This document shows positions 40,501 through 53,900 of a stretch of DNA of 64,000 nt, one piece after another. The position numbers were made by a program, and so were the translations under genes. Position 1 is the first letter of the stretch; each line of letters begins with the position of its first letter. The notes under the pieces are model-generated. The model ran no database searches. It had not been told where the DNA came from and worked only from the letters and a program-made list of their open reading frames with translations. This DNA comes from Raillietiella orientalis (Eukaryota): positions 620,001 to 684,000 of the forward strand of contig JAYWIR010000019.1 of the NCBI GenBank assembly GCA_036172245.1. The letters are read 5' to 3'.

Positions 40501-41887
40501 AGGCGCGCATCAGTAGCACATTATTCATGTACCACCTCAATGTGCACCGTTTTGGGAAACTAGTTTTCGTAGGGAGCGATCGTAGAATTAACTTGGAGAG
40601 CCGTTATTCAGTAGAAATATAGGATCGGAGGCAGAGAAAAATTCTGATACTTGAGCAACATTCTGGTTGATGAATCAGACTGTAATAAGGGTGGAAGTAG
40701 ACTGGAGAGCGGTGCAAACAAGTACATAACCATCGGAATGAAATGAAAGATGTGCCAGGAGACGCATGTGGAGAAGCATTCAGAAATGCTAAAGATGGTA
40801 GCATCAAATGAAAGGGCTACTAGAAATCAGAATGGAGTTTTTCCAACTCAGAACGAGTGCGTCTGCAAAGAAAGTTGTGAAATTCCTACCCGCATTTCTT
40901 TAGGAGCTCGGCACCAAGTGAAGATGTAGCAAATTTATGACTAATTTTGATGATATTTTCACCGGCTATAAGCAAGCGAACTCATTGTGTATTTGAACCT
41001 AACGGCGACGTAAGACTCGTTTCTCGCATCCTGTGCTGGAGAGCTCGAGTACATGTGAAGTGTACAGACATGTGGCCGTGACTAAGGCCTCCACGGAATC
41101 CGTACTAAGGATTCCCCTGGCAAAGGAAACGCTTCGTTGCCATTACCAAGAAGTTGCATCTGTGATGAGATGGTGAGATAAAGCAGCGAAAGGGCTTATT
41201 TGGTGCCGCGTGTTCTTCGCATCTGCATTGTATCCCACACTTTGTGCTTAGAAATTCTAGTACCTTAACCTGAATTGAATCGTATACCGTTCTTGGAGAA
41301 AATTTAGGCATCCGAAAGCAATCAAAAATTGTAGGTGGTATCAGAAAACTAGAAATCAAATGTCTGATTGATTCATGGCAAGCTTATAAGAGTTTCAAGT
41401 AGGCGAATGAGGCAAGAAAGTATCGTCACTATTATGCTGATAAATCAGTCATCGAACCGTCATAGTGAAGCATTGCTATTTGAACGCATTGTTTTCCTTT
41501 GCGTTAACAAATGCATCAATGGATATTCTCAGCCCAGAAGGACTTTCGTATTTCACGAGTTCGTCCATGCTGGTTTGACTTTTTCGTTAACCCATTCCTG
41601 CCTTCCCACTTTTCTCGTCTACTATGGCAAGTCGTTCAATTTCAAGTTTTTAGAATATTTCCTCGAATTTTCTGGATTTCTTCTTCCTTTTGAAACACTT
41701 TCAATTCGTAAAAGAATTTGATTGCCACTGGCTTTTCGATGTAAGAGTTGCAAAATAACACCCTGTCTTATAAAATGACGGATTTCACACTAGACAACTT
41801 GCTAATGGCTACGTGGCATCGGGTGATGATGAGCAGCAGACTGCACTCCTTACCTTATCAATCGGCATGATAACCGAACCCGAAACG

Positions 41888-41936
<49 letters not shown>

Positions 41937-44900
41937 GCTTCTGCGTACCTTGCCTGAGGATACTCCTAAAGTTTCCCCTGTATTAGACAGCGAAGAGTAG
42001 CAAGAAAAAGGTTTCTCGTGTTTGGGCCCAGCTTTCTAGACTCCAATTTAGATCCAGTATGAGTTTTTTTTTTGCATTTTTTCAACTTGCTTTTCCCATA
42101 AGCGCAAACTGCATTGTATGGAAAAATAGCATGTGAATCTAAATGATTCACGTTCTGCTGTTTCTTGTAAATCACAAGCAGAAAGCGTACGAGCGAACAA
42201 GATCTCATTTCTCTAGAAAAAGTATTCACTATGTTTGGGAGTATTGGCATCTGGACATCCAGTGTCTTCAGAAATTAGATTCTCAAAATTTGCAGATTTC
42301 AAACTACTAATTTCAAACTATCATTGTGGAAAACGCTGCATTTGTTATTATTCTTATTGGACCACAATATCATCCAGTTCAATCGATCTCCGCTTGCAAG
42401 ATGGAGACATTCGAGGGCATGGATGGCTTCAATCTAAGCAGCATGTGCTGCAACACTGAAAGTGCGCAGCAGGTCAGCTACCATCCGTCAGTTTAAAATA
42501 ATGCTCAGACATACTGAAAAATCGTAAAATAACAGATGGCGAAGATTTTCCGTTAGAACCTTTGAATTCTTTCATCGATAAGTCGAAATACAGGAAGTTG
42601 ATTCTTTTGAGTTTCACACTGATCGTGAAGCTGAATCGATTTCCGATTGCATACTTGAACAGCATATCGTAGATTTTAGAGTTCTAGCGCTCGTGTTTCG
42701 TTCGAAGGTACATGTGTACACACAGAATTGTATGTTACCATGTACAGGTGAGTTCGATGACGACTCTTCGGTAACTCTTCGGTACCGAAAACGAAATCGT
42801 TTCACCTGGAAATTGGCGATCCACAATGGTTGCGACTTGCCTACTGCAAGCGCACCTTCACACCTGCGCGGAAAGACATCGAAGGTTTTCAAAGGTGCAT
42901 ATAGCCCTCATGCCTTGTGGACTACGAAGACGACAAGAAACTTTCCAGCATTTACTTTTGTTGTGTGGAGCTGTCTCGTTGTTAATTTAGCTCTAGTTTA
43001 TTTAGCGATTAGCTGCAGCATAGTTTCAGTGGTGCATCCATGAAAGTGATAAGATTCATTTGAGCGAAAAAGTCTTGTGAGCACTAATTTGGGAATTGTT
43101 TGCAGTGCAATTGAATTTGGTGACCATGTTTTTCGTAACGAAGTGTAAAGCGCATTCCAATTAATACTTCATAACTTGGAAGATCCTTAGACGCTCGAAA
43201 CACCCAGCTGTTTATCGTGTATTCATGTAGCCACGGAATTGATCAGTTTGTGACAAATGCAACCTTTTTTCCACTTTGAATTCATTTGCAAAGGTCCTGG
43301 TTCCAACCTCTCAATCCTCTGCTCAGGTCCATGAAGAATGTGCAACGTTTTCACAGAAAATCTGCACATCAGGTTTTCGGGGCCTTGAATTCGTTTCGTT
43401 TAGAAGATCTGAAATCATTGTTCTTGAATTCCGCACTGGTGCAGGTTCCTGGCCAGGTTAGCGAACACGTTAAAGCAGAACATTGAGTTAGTGCTAGGGA
43501 TGTTTCTGAAAAACCAGAAAAATAATTGCTCAGAGGAAGAGACAGGCAGACAGGGTGGTAACGGAGGCGGGAGATGGAGCGGTATATGGTATGAGCGTAG
43601 AAAATAAATAAATAAACGAACCTGATATTTGGAAACATTGAAGGAAAGGTTATACGGGAATGCCCAAGCGGAACTAAAGATTTTTATTGCCTGGTAGTGC
43701 ACTGGACAAACCTGAGAACGATCCTTTCCTGATCAGCTACACCGTCTGGACCTCTGATGAGGACGGACGGAAGCTTCTCGTGCACAAACATTTTCTGTTC
43801 ACTTTGTATTTATTTATTTGAAATACATGCATTTACTTTGATTTGCTTTGGCATTTGCTACTAAAGCAATGTACTTGAAGCTGCAGTAATATGATCCCAG
43901 AACATCAAGTAGCACCGTGAACATCGAACAACGCTGCTTAAGCGAAATTAGATCGTTCTATCGTAGAGAGAGCGAGGTTTAGGTTTCTTGTCGTACGACC
44001 AGAATGCAATGCGAAAATGGGTATCTGCGAACAGATGTTCAAACATTCTTACTATTTATTTAAAAATTTGTCTTGATTTCCTGCTTATTTTTCACTGCAA
44101 GTCTCTCCTGCACTGAAAAACGCATTGCACAATCGCCGGTTGGCGCATGAGATCGGAATTGAAGCATTTAGATTTCACTGTGCATTTCTCTGCCTTCTTG
44201 TTCATTTATCTGTTAATCATTCTTTAGTTCGCGAAAAATGTAGTATTATCTTCATACTGCGAATCATTCGATGAATTCCCAAGGCTGCGCTCTTTGGCAC
44301 AAAGAAGAATGATCTATTCTGTAAGGGGTTGCCCATAAAAGTTGTCATCTCACGAAAACGTTTGCATGTGCTTGCGGCTTACCTGAGCTTAACGGGCAAC
44401 CGCAATATGTGAGCGAGTATGCCATTTTTTTTTTTTTTTTTTACCAGCTCTTGAATTCCTTTTAAACTCGGGGGAATTTTTTTGCGATGCGCTGGCTATT
44501 TTCTCTTATGGATTATGTGACTTTAGTGGAAGGTCTGGCCACTGTTTTCCCGAATGAAAATGCGTCACCAGAAGTAGACAGATTCGGCTTTGAGCGATCG
44601 TTCTCAAGCACCCATTAATTTGTTTTCTTTTAGATGTTCTCGAATATTAGATTTGTTCTGAAGTTAACGTTCGAGCGTGAAACCAAACTTGACAGTCGTG
44701 AAGCCCAAACTTTCCGTTTTTTCGTGGAAAGTTCTTCATCAAAACGAAACATTCGGTCTCCTTGGAAACCGTTCGCTTCCTGTTTAAAATTGTATGGATT
44801 TATTTTTCCTTTTTTTTTATTTAAAAAATAGCTGTTTGTTTTGCCTTTCTGCCGAGAATTCTTGCTCCCGAAGTGTTTCCTTCTGCTACGTGTTTTTCTT

Positions 44901-47900
44901 TTTTTAACTTGTTTGGGATCCTGGGAATACCGCAGACTGCTCGTGCATTTTTTTTTATAAGCGATCTTACCATGCGAACGAGGTGCTTTTCCAACGCATC
45001 GATTCTTTTTCGCAGTTGACCGAAGCGCGGAAGAAACAGGCAAAATTTGCCTTTGAGATGTTCATGCTCGTCATTTGCTCCATAGGACTCATCTCCATGC
45101 ACAAGCAGTATCAATCGGCACAGAATCCAAGGTTCTAAAATACTCAACGAGTATCGAATAGGGTGCGCCGACGCAATTTCTTGATCATTACATGGATTGC
45201 TACTTATTGCGTACGTGTTTATTACTGATTAGTGGATGTATAATTATCACTGTTCAAACGCTTAAGTTTAATTAGCAGGCACAGACTACAGTTTTTGCAG
45301 TTCGTCTTCAGTAATTATTCACACCATCCGTCTTTTACTAATTGCATTATCGATCTTGAAGTATCATCTTCACTCGTTACTCATTTTGCATAAATTTCAA
45401 AATCTCCTCGAAGATCTGCTGATTTTTTTTCTTTTCGAAAAGCGCACTGCAGTCTTGAAATTTGATTTCCAGGCTTCACTTTGTGTGATACAAAATATGC
45501 TGCATTTTGAGCGAATTTCTTTAAACACGAATTAGATACAAAAACTTGGATAAACTGTGTATCTTTACAATGATCTACATTTCCTGTTGTTCGGCGCACT
45601 GACTGTTGGTTTTTTTCTTTCTTTACTATCCCACCATTAGCTGTACGGTACCAATCATCAGTTTATGGAAATACAAGATAGTGAGCGTCTAAGTCCAGTC
45701 TCAACGGTTTGTTCCGGTTTTGTGGATCCAGACGGAGATCCAAAGTTGCTCTCGCATCAACTAGGAAGTAATATTTTGGATAGCAGTTTGCACGATTGCA
45801 GCTTCAAGGGACCAAGATCAGGCAGTTTCGAAGTATTTTCGAATGCATGTACATTACCACGGAACATGGAATGCCAACTGGATGCTTTGATTTACTATTC
45901 AAAGTGGCGATATTGTGAGAAAATATTTCAAAATAGCATTGGCCTGGAAAGGCAAAACAAATGGAAACAAGTTTTCACTTCAGATAGTTTAAATCATCCT
46001 GAAAATGATAGGGACTTTTTGCATTTTGGTGATTATAACTTCAAGATATCCTTCCCCACATCCAGAGTCGATAATAGAGATCGAATGATTTCAAGTTCAA
46101 GCCAACATCTGTTTAGATTGTGCACCGAATTCAAAAAAAATGCTTTTAAGTTGCAGAAATTGAATCGTCATGGTGTGGATCTGCACACGAAATTGCTTTC
46201 TAACAATTTATTTGAAAGAGTCAATTGCACTCACGATCATACGTTATTTGCATTGAGCGCAACTCATAAACCAAAGGTAAGTTTCTTTTTTTTTTTAATG
46301 TCCCTCAGCATCTTCATTCATTTGGTATTCAACTTTTCTTCTCTAAACAAAAGTATTCTGTGAATGGTTTGGCCATGACATTTGCAACCATTTCTCTACT
46401 AAATTTGCTTTTCTTTAGTACCATCTCCAATTTATATGATCTGTGACTTTATAAGCATGTGTTTTCAGGAATTTTCTATCTATAATGATAGTTGTTTCTA
46501 CACGTTTATCTGGAGAGACGCGGAAGCGCTATTTGGCTATGTGAAGTCTCAAAAAAACACTATCAGCAGCAGTGGAATATCATCGGAATCTTCACTGAAT
46601 GATCTAGAAAGTCATTCGCTGAATACTTACGCTGAAATGGATACTGAGTCTTCCATATCCGAAAAATTTCAGCCATTGTTCTCAGATAGTTCCTCCGACC
46701 TTCAGACCACCTCAGACGTAGAAGAGAAGTCCCAGTCCAGGATCGACAAAAATCTTGGAGATCGAGAGAAGTCAAAACATCCGGTGTTGCCCTCGATTCA
46801 GCACACATTTTATCCTGCAGATAACGGACACAACAACATATTTTTCATTAATCTGGGCGAAAGGAAATTGTATATGAAAGAATTCTCAAAGAAACTATGC
46901 AAGTCTACCCAATTCAGGGAACTCACTGTCGATGAAAAGTTGCGGTTGAGTGAGCTTCAGAATTTATGTGACAGTCTTATCGCATATGTTACCGCGTTGT
47001 TACCTACGCAGGATGAAGAACAATCGCATTTGTCTCGAACTTTCAGTTTGCAGTGTTATTGTGCCTTCATCAAGGATCTATATCTTGTCACAGAGTTGAA
47101 ACCCAGCGCGGTCTGGGACTCGACAGAAGGCTTGGTTTCTAGCGCCACCTATGAGAACATTAAAGAACCTTTCTTGAAACTATGCAGCATCTACTTGGAC
47201 ACTATAACCAAGTTGTTGCAAATATTTGGTAATTGGGAACTCCATGAAAATCACATACTAGAACATTATCACGAACTTGTTCACCATCTCAACACCTTGA
47301 GCATATTAGCTCAAAATTTTGTTTTTGCTTATGAATTAATGATTGTAGATTTACTATATCATTTAAACAATGTCAAATTTTATCTGATAATTTTGATTAC
47401 ATTAAACATCGTCGATATGTCACTTATTCAGAATCAGTTGATGGTCAGTTTTAAGAACTCTGTTATTATTAAGTCTTTTATTCATGTGAGCTGCAAGATT
47501 ATGATGGATTTCGAGATGCATTTATTTAGAGGAACCGTTCATTTATATGACATCAAAATAGTGGAAAATTTACTCAGGATAGCAACATGCATCACATCCC
47601 ATGTGCAGTTAATCAGCTCTAGTGAAATGGTGCATGACTCTTATTATGATGCACATGATATTTTCTTGCTCATGTATTTAAACAGGTGTTTCCATACTCA
47701 TATTGAAAATAGTGATTTGATAAATACAAAAAATATACAAACTCTGATGCAGCAGTTTGACTCGCTTTTGCAATCCATAAGTCTTTCCAGCTGGATGATA
47801 AATAACTGTGATCTCCAAGCATATATACAGCAGATTATAACTTTCCACTTGTGGATTTTGCCATGCTTGCATTATTTACACAATGTCCCAGCTGAAGCCT

Positions 47901-50900
47901 TCAGTGTATTGGGGAATGAATGCGTTATCCATGTCAGAAATATTCTGGATAATTTAAGCCACATTGTTGAAAATGTTGATGTTGCTGAGCAAATAATCAA
48001 AGAGAAGCACGGTCTTTTGGAAAGCTTTGAAAATACAGAAACTGAGAAAATCAGTGATGTGCTTGACCCCGTAAATGTTGCTGTATCGGATTTGCTTGCA
48101 TTATTACTTAACATTTCCAGACAACTTAGAGTTTTGTCAAGCATCCCTACCTTTAGCATTTCGGCAAACTATCTGTTGCTCCTGCAGAAAGCATTTTTAT
48201 ACAAAATCAAGTATGATACATTCATAACATCACTGAAGAGGGATCATGAATTTTTCAAATTGTCCTCAAACTATGTTTCTCATGCTTTTAAGCTGTGTAA
48301 TGCATCAAATGATATAAAAAATCTGATACCACTAACAGGACGCTTGTGCTATAAATCTGTGAAAACTCTGCTTTTCACTGAATATAAAATATGTGATAAT
48401 TATCTTTATTATCATCATGACAGAAACAGACTTGAACCTGAGAATGTTGCAGTTAACAGTGAGGTTATTGTTCAAAAATATATGCATATTTTGAAAAATC
48501 TGTGTAACAAAGAGCATTTATCCAATTCATTGGATGAATTCTTTTCTCAAGAAGCATTAAAGGATTTCAAAGTTTGTCTGAAGTTTATCTGTGACAGTTC
48601 CTACAATGTTCCAGGATGTCATTGGCCAATATCTGAACTTTGGGTATGCTGAGCATTCACAAAATCAGACAGTTTGATTTGTATGCATCTATTCCAGGAC
48701 ACAAAAGACAAATTTGAAAGGAGTCTGCGTGCGATTAACAGTTTTTGTAATTCCTGTGATCCCTCTCATGTTTCATATGAGTATTTTGATCTCCTGAAAA
48801 GTTACATTCACATTCTCAATAGTGGGAAATTTTTTCTTTGGATTGCAATTTTCAATTTCTCGTTGATGAACTGGGTGAACATTCATTATACAAAACTGCA
48901 AAAGCATGTGATGAAGTCAACACCTTCAACCCACATTCTAGATGAAGTTTCATCAACATTTGAATCTACTTTTAGTTCTTTAAGTAGCCTCATGGTATGT
49001 GTAATTTTTTTGTTTGGAAAACTGCTGACTCATTTATTCACAGGAATCCCATGCCCAAACTTCAGTTTTAAAAAGATTTTACCGACAATTACTATCTGTT
49101 CTAAGCAAATATGTTCAAAAAAGATTCTTAATTCAATTCATGTTTGAAAATCAGCAGTCGGATGCATCCTATTCTCCACAAGAAGATTTTAGTGCTTTAT
49201 TAAAAGAGAACATTCGTCTTGAAAATAGTGAATCTTCCATTAAGGACCACCTTGAAATCTGCAAACGGTTCCTGAAGGAATGCAAGAATTTCTCCAGAAT
49301 CATTGCCATTGAGGACAACATAGAAAGCATCTGCTATTGTAGCATCCAGATTCAGGTGATTTTAGTTTAAGCTTTTTTAATCAAGAGATGGTAATTTTTT
49401 CGTTTCAGCTTCTCTCTTCAAAGCTTCAGTATTCTGCATGGATTCTTGCTGATATTTCCAAGTTACTTGAATGCAAAACTTATTCAAGCTCAGTTTATGA
49501 TTCACTGAAATGCAGAACACATTATTTGTATAAACTACACGAAGAGATTAATAGCGTTTGGAATCATAATGAATATTTATTTGTATTTTTGTTGACCGAC
49601 GTATATAATATCTATCTAGAATATCACTTCATTATTAGAAATGCATTGGTTCTGGAGGAGCAGCTGGTAAACATCAAAGAAAAAACAGAATCTGGATTGG
49701 ATAATGTTTATGCAAAGATGAGTGTTGTGCAGGTATGCAAATTCATTTGCATCTTTTGTTTTGTAGGGATGAAGGTTACAAGAATAACTTTTATCTTCGA
49801 ATTTATGTTAAATACGACATCTTGTTCCAGGAATTGGGGAATATCGCAAAGAAGCAGTACTCCAGTATCGAAAAGTTGAAAATACGATTCTCTCATTTTG
49901 CATTTTTCGAAACTTTATCTAAATGGAATGAGAAATTGTTGTGGACAGAAGGAAAAATTAGAAGCTTATTATCATGTTTTGAAACAGAAGCAACTAGGCT
50001 TGGAGAGAGACTGGATCTTCATAAAGAACATAAATATATATCGAGTTACCTTTTGGATACCTTTGAAAGGGTGGAAATTATTTTGTCTTTAAATACTGCA
50101 TTTATAAATCCTGAACAGCTTGGCTTGCATCTTAAAAAACTCAAGGTAAATGACTGTGTGCTATTCTTTTTGATTAAAGTTCATTTAGGATCTTTATGAG
50201 TGTGTCTGTTGCTTGCAATCAGACTGTGATTATGTTATGGATCTCACAAAAGCATTGCATAGTTGTGATCTTGGTTTGCAATTTCGACAACAAGATTTGA
50301 AGCTTAGATTGGAAAATGCCATTGGAAAGTATTCCAATGATTTAACATCGTGGAAGTTCATTACAAAAATTATATCTGAAGAACACAATTGGCTGGTTCA
50401 AAAGCAGAATATGCTGATTTCCTTTCAAAGGCCTTTGTTGAAGTGGCATCAAAATTTCGATTTTTTGAAGGTAAGGGAATGATCAGTTTATATATTTAGA
50501 TAGTTGAGGGCTGAGGGCTTGGGACACTTAATTTAGTTTAGCATTTAATGAAAGCTTGTTGTGAAGAAATCGTTTGCAAATGTATTTTGTTTTAAGAGTC
50601 TGCTGATTTTTGAATATCATCTCTTGTTTACTTTTGTGTATGTTCGCTAATTGATTAACACTTGTTTCAGTGTTTGTTTTGATTACCTTTTATTCTCCCT
50701 TATGACATTTTGTTTTACTGAGTTGTTACCTTCATTGTTTGTTCATAAAACTTTAGCATAAATTTATTTCTCCACATTTAGAACTCATGTAAAGGTCCTG
50801 AATGAGAAGTTTAGCGATCTTTTTACAAGTTGATCCTTTTTTTTTTTTTTTCCGGTGTTCTTTCATATTTATATCTAGCGTATTTATTCATGCAAATGCA

Positions 50901-53900
50901 TCACAAGACTTGTGCATGACGTCCAGCTAAGAATTACATCTTTAGGAACTGACCCAGGAGCTCAGATCTAAAATGGAAAACATCAACACAATTCACATCT
51001 TGTTAACTGATTTGAAGGCGACAATTTGTGCAGATTCTTTCTCATGCATACAGAATCAGCTTAATATTTTCAAGAACATAATGAGAGACATGCAGAAGTA
51101 TGCTTCCATCATTTTGGGGATTTCAGAAAATCAAACAGAGCATAAATCACATTTGCTTGAAACTTTTAATTGCCTTGAAGCAATGTTTCTCAAATTAAAG
51201 GTTACTAAAAATTGATCTTAACTGGGTGGACTAATAATGGAAATTATTTTGCCGTATAGCATTCTGCATCCACAGGAAAGAAACCAAGTATTGAAGAGTT
51301 GCAGCATGTCTTCATGGAGACTTACATTTGCCATTTAAAAATTAAAGCCTGTTTTCATGATCCTTTTTACTCCTGTTTGCAGAAGCAACATAAAGAAGAA
51401 ATGGTGCAGACATTTTTGGTGAGTTCATATTCTGTTGTTCAAGTACGTTTTTTTGAAGAATGTTCGAATTCTTCAAAAAATTTGGCTTTCAGGTTTTGGT
51501 AGTTCATCCTTTTTGCATTTTCTCACATGTTGAAATTCAGATCACAAGATTTTTTTTTATAGAGGGAAAAATGGATTTGCTAGCCTCCATGTATCAATAG
51601 AATTTGAATTTTGAATTTTTAAAGTATTGTTGTCGAACTAAAAATAGCGTTTCTAATATGTAAATCATGAGTTTGTAAGGTGATGTTATATTTCAAAATA
51701 TTTTCACAGAACAATTAAATATAAATTAATAAATGAATATGAAAAATATATGAATATATTCATATGTTTATTTTTCCATAATTAGTCCATTGCTTGCAAT
51801 TATTAACTAGCTATGGTAATATGCATGTATTAAATCTGTATTCGATGTTTTGAATATGGTTGGTGAAAAACCGTATGTATTCTTATTTAAAAGGGCGTAG
51901 TTTTATAATTGGTGAGTTTTGGTTTCTTTAATTGGTGAGCAGTAGCCACAGTAATCATAAGTGCAGAATTCCAGAAAATTTGGTTGCAAAATTTTGATGG
52001 CAAACATCAAAAAAAGGTAATCGGGTAAAATGTAAATCGCGTTGTTGAAATGCAATGTTCAGTGTTATACCTTTAAAAAAGACTAGTTTCCATATCAAGT
52101 TCCAGAAACATATTTGTTTTGCTATTCTATGTAACTTGAACATCGAAATCAAAGCAAAGCACTTCTCAGGAAGTCATTAAGTTAGGAAAGTATTTAACCT
52201 AGTACCTCTTGCTTTTCTAGGATTGCTATTATTTTTTGGAGAGTCTCAGAACAGAATATGTTGATGCATTAACATTCCGTGCTCGCCTTCCTGATTGCAC
52301 AGAAATCATAAAGATCCTAGATCACATTGAACAAACTGACATTAGGGATCCAAAGGTGCTGGAAACAACTGTCCAGCAGCTAGAGGTAAATTTCATTTTT
52401 AATTGGTAATACTTTTTCATGCATTTTCAAGTATTTCCTATTGTAATGACTATCAGATCATGATCTACATCAGATTCATTTACAGGTATGCTCCAGTCTA
52501 CTTTCTATCTATGAAGCTTCCTTTTTGAAACCCAATACGCAAATTTTACAAGATAGCAACATATATCATCAGCTTAGAGATATAGCTGCAAAACAGAATT
52601 CCTTTCATGTTAAGTCCGAATTATGGAAAGAATATCAATTTAAAGGGAAGGTTTTAAGATCCGATCTTTTGCATCTTGAAGGTGAAAATAATAGGCTGTG
52701 TCTTCTTTCTTTCGGCAATCAAGATATGAAAACAGCAGTCTCGTCAGTTTCGGTAATGTTAGCTAACAAGAATCTGTTTTTGCATTTATAAATTAAGCGT
52801 TAGGTTTTTATTGTTCATCATTTTCAGTACCAAAAATATCATTTATGTAGATACGCTCGATGAATTTATTATACTTCATGGCAAATATGATTGTTTTGAT
52901 ATTTGTAGAAATTAATTCAAGAAGCATCACTTTTGAGGAAAGAACTTGATGACTTGCACCATCTGGCCTCATTGTTGTTCTCTGATTTTGGGCATGAAAC
53001 TCAAGTGCAAATGAATACTGATCTTATAAATCTGGATCACATATTAACTAACATAACAGCAAGCATGCAAACCTGGAAAGATTACTTGCAAAGAACAGAT
53101 ACTTTGCAAGCTGAATTTATTTCTGTGTATATAGATTTGTCCGAAAAATTTAAGGCGATGCAATGTATTCTTGACAATGAATTTGAATCAAATGGCAAGT
53201 GGACTGCTCATTCAGAAGCAGAATATCAGGTTGTACCTTGCAATTCTAGAATTTTTTTCAATAATCCGGGTTCTATAGGTGATGATGGCTGAATTGCAAG
53301 ACATTCAGCCATCAATAAAACACGTGAAACTACTTGGAGATGAGCTTTTGCATAGATTATGTCTCAAAGACCCCGGATTGTTGAAAAATCGCAGCACACA
53401 ACTAGAGGAAATGTATCTTTATCTTCAGCAGAGTTTGGAAGTTCGACTTTGCCTTTTGTCAGAAAAGAAGTGTTTGTATCAGGACTTCGAAAATCAGTAA
53501 GAGTGCACTTCTTTATTGGTTGCTCGACATAAACAATGCCTGTAGGTGTTCGTCCTTGCTGTTGAAACTGGAGAATGCACAGCACCAGTTGTCGAGTGCT
53601 CCGACGTGTGATTCAATGCACATATCCGATCTCTTGTCTCAAACGTATTCAGCTGCAGCAAGTGATTGGAAACTGGATTTTGATCATATAGATGTTCTCG
53701 CAGAGAGGTTGAGAATGTACAGCACTGCTGAAGAAACTCGAACAGTTGATGGGTTATGTGGTAAATTGACATACGTTTGGAATAGCATCAGTCTGACTTG
53801 TAAAGCAAAACTTGCAACAGATGAAGCTATGCTACATGTGAGTGTTGGTAATAGTTATCTACTATTTGTATATTTTGATACAGGATGAATCGGCAAACAA

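Noticed and set aside
41891..41935. T26-A19 fold-back
   Set aside because: Homopolymer runs are common throughout this window and there is no associated element or TSD.
43754..43790. CTGATGAG hammerhead core
   Set aside because: No stem II and no GAAA follow.
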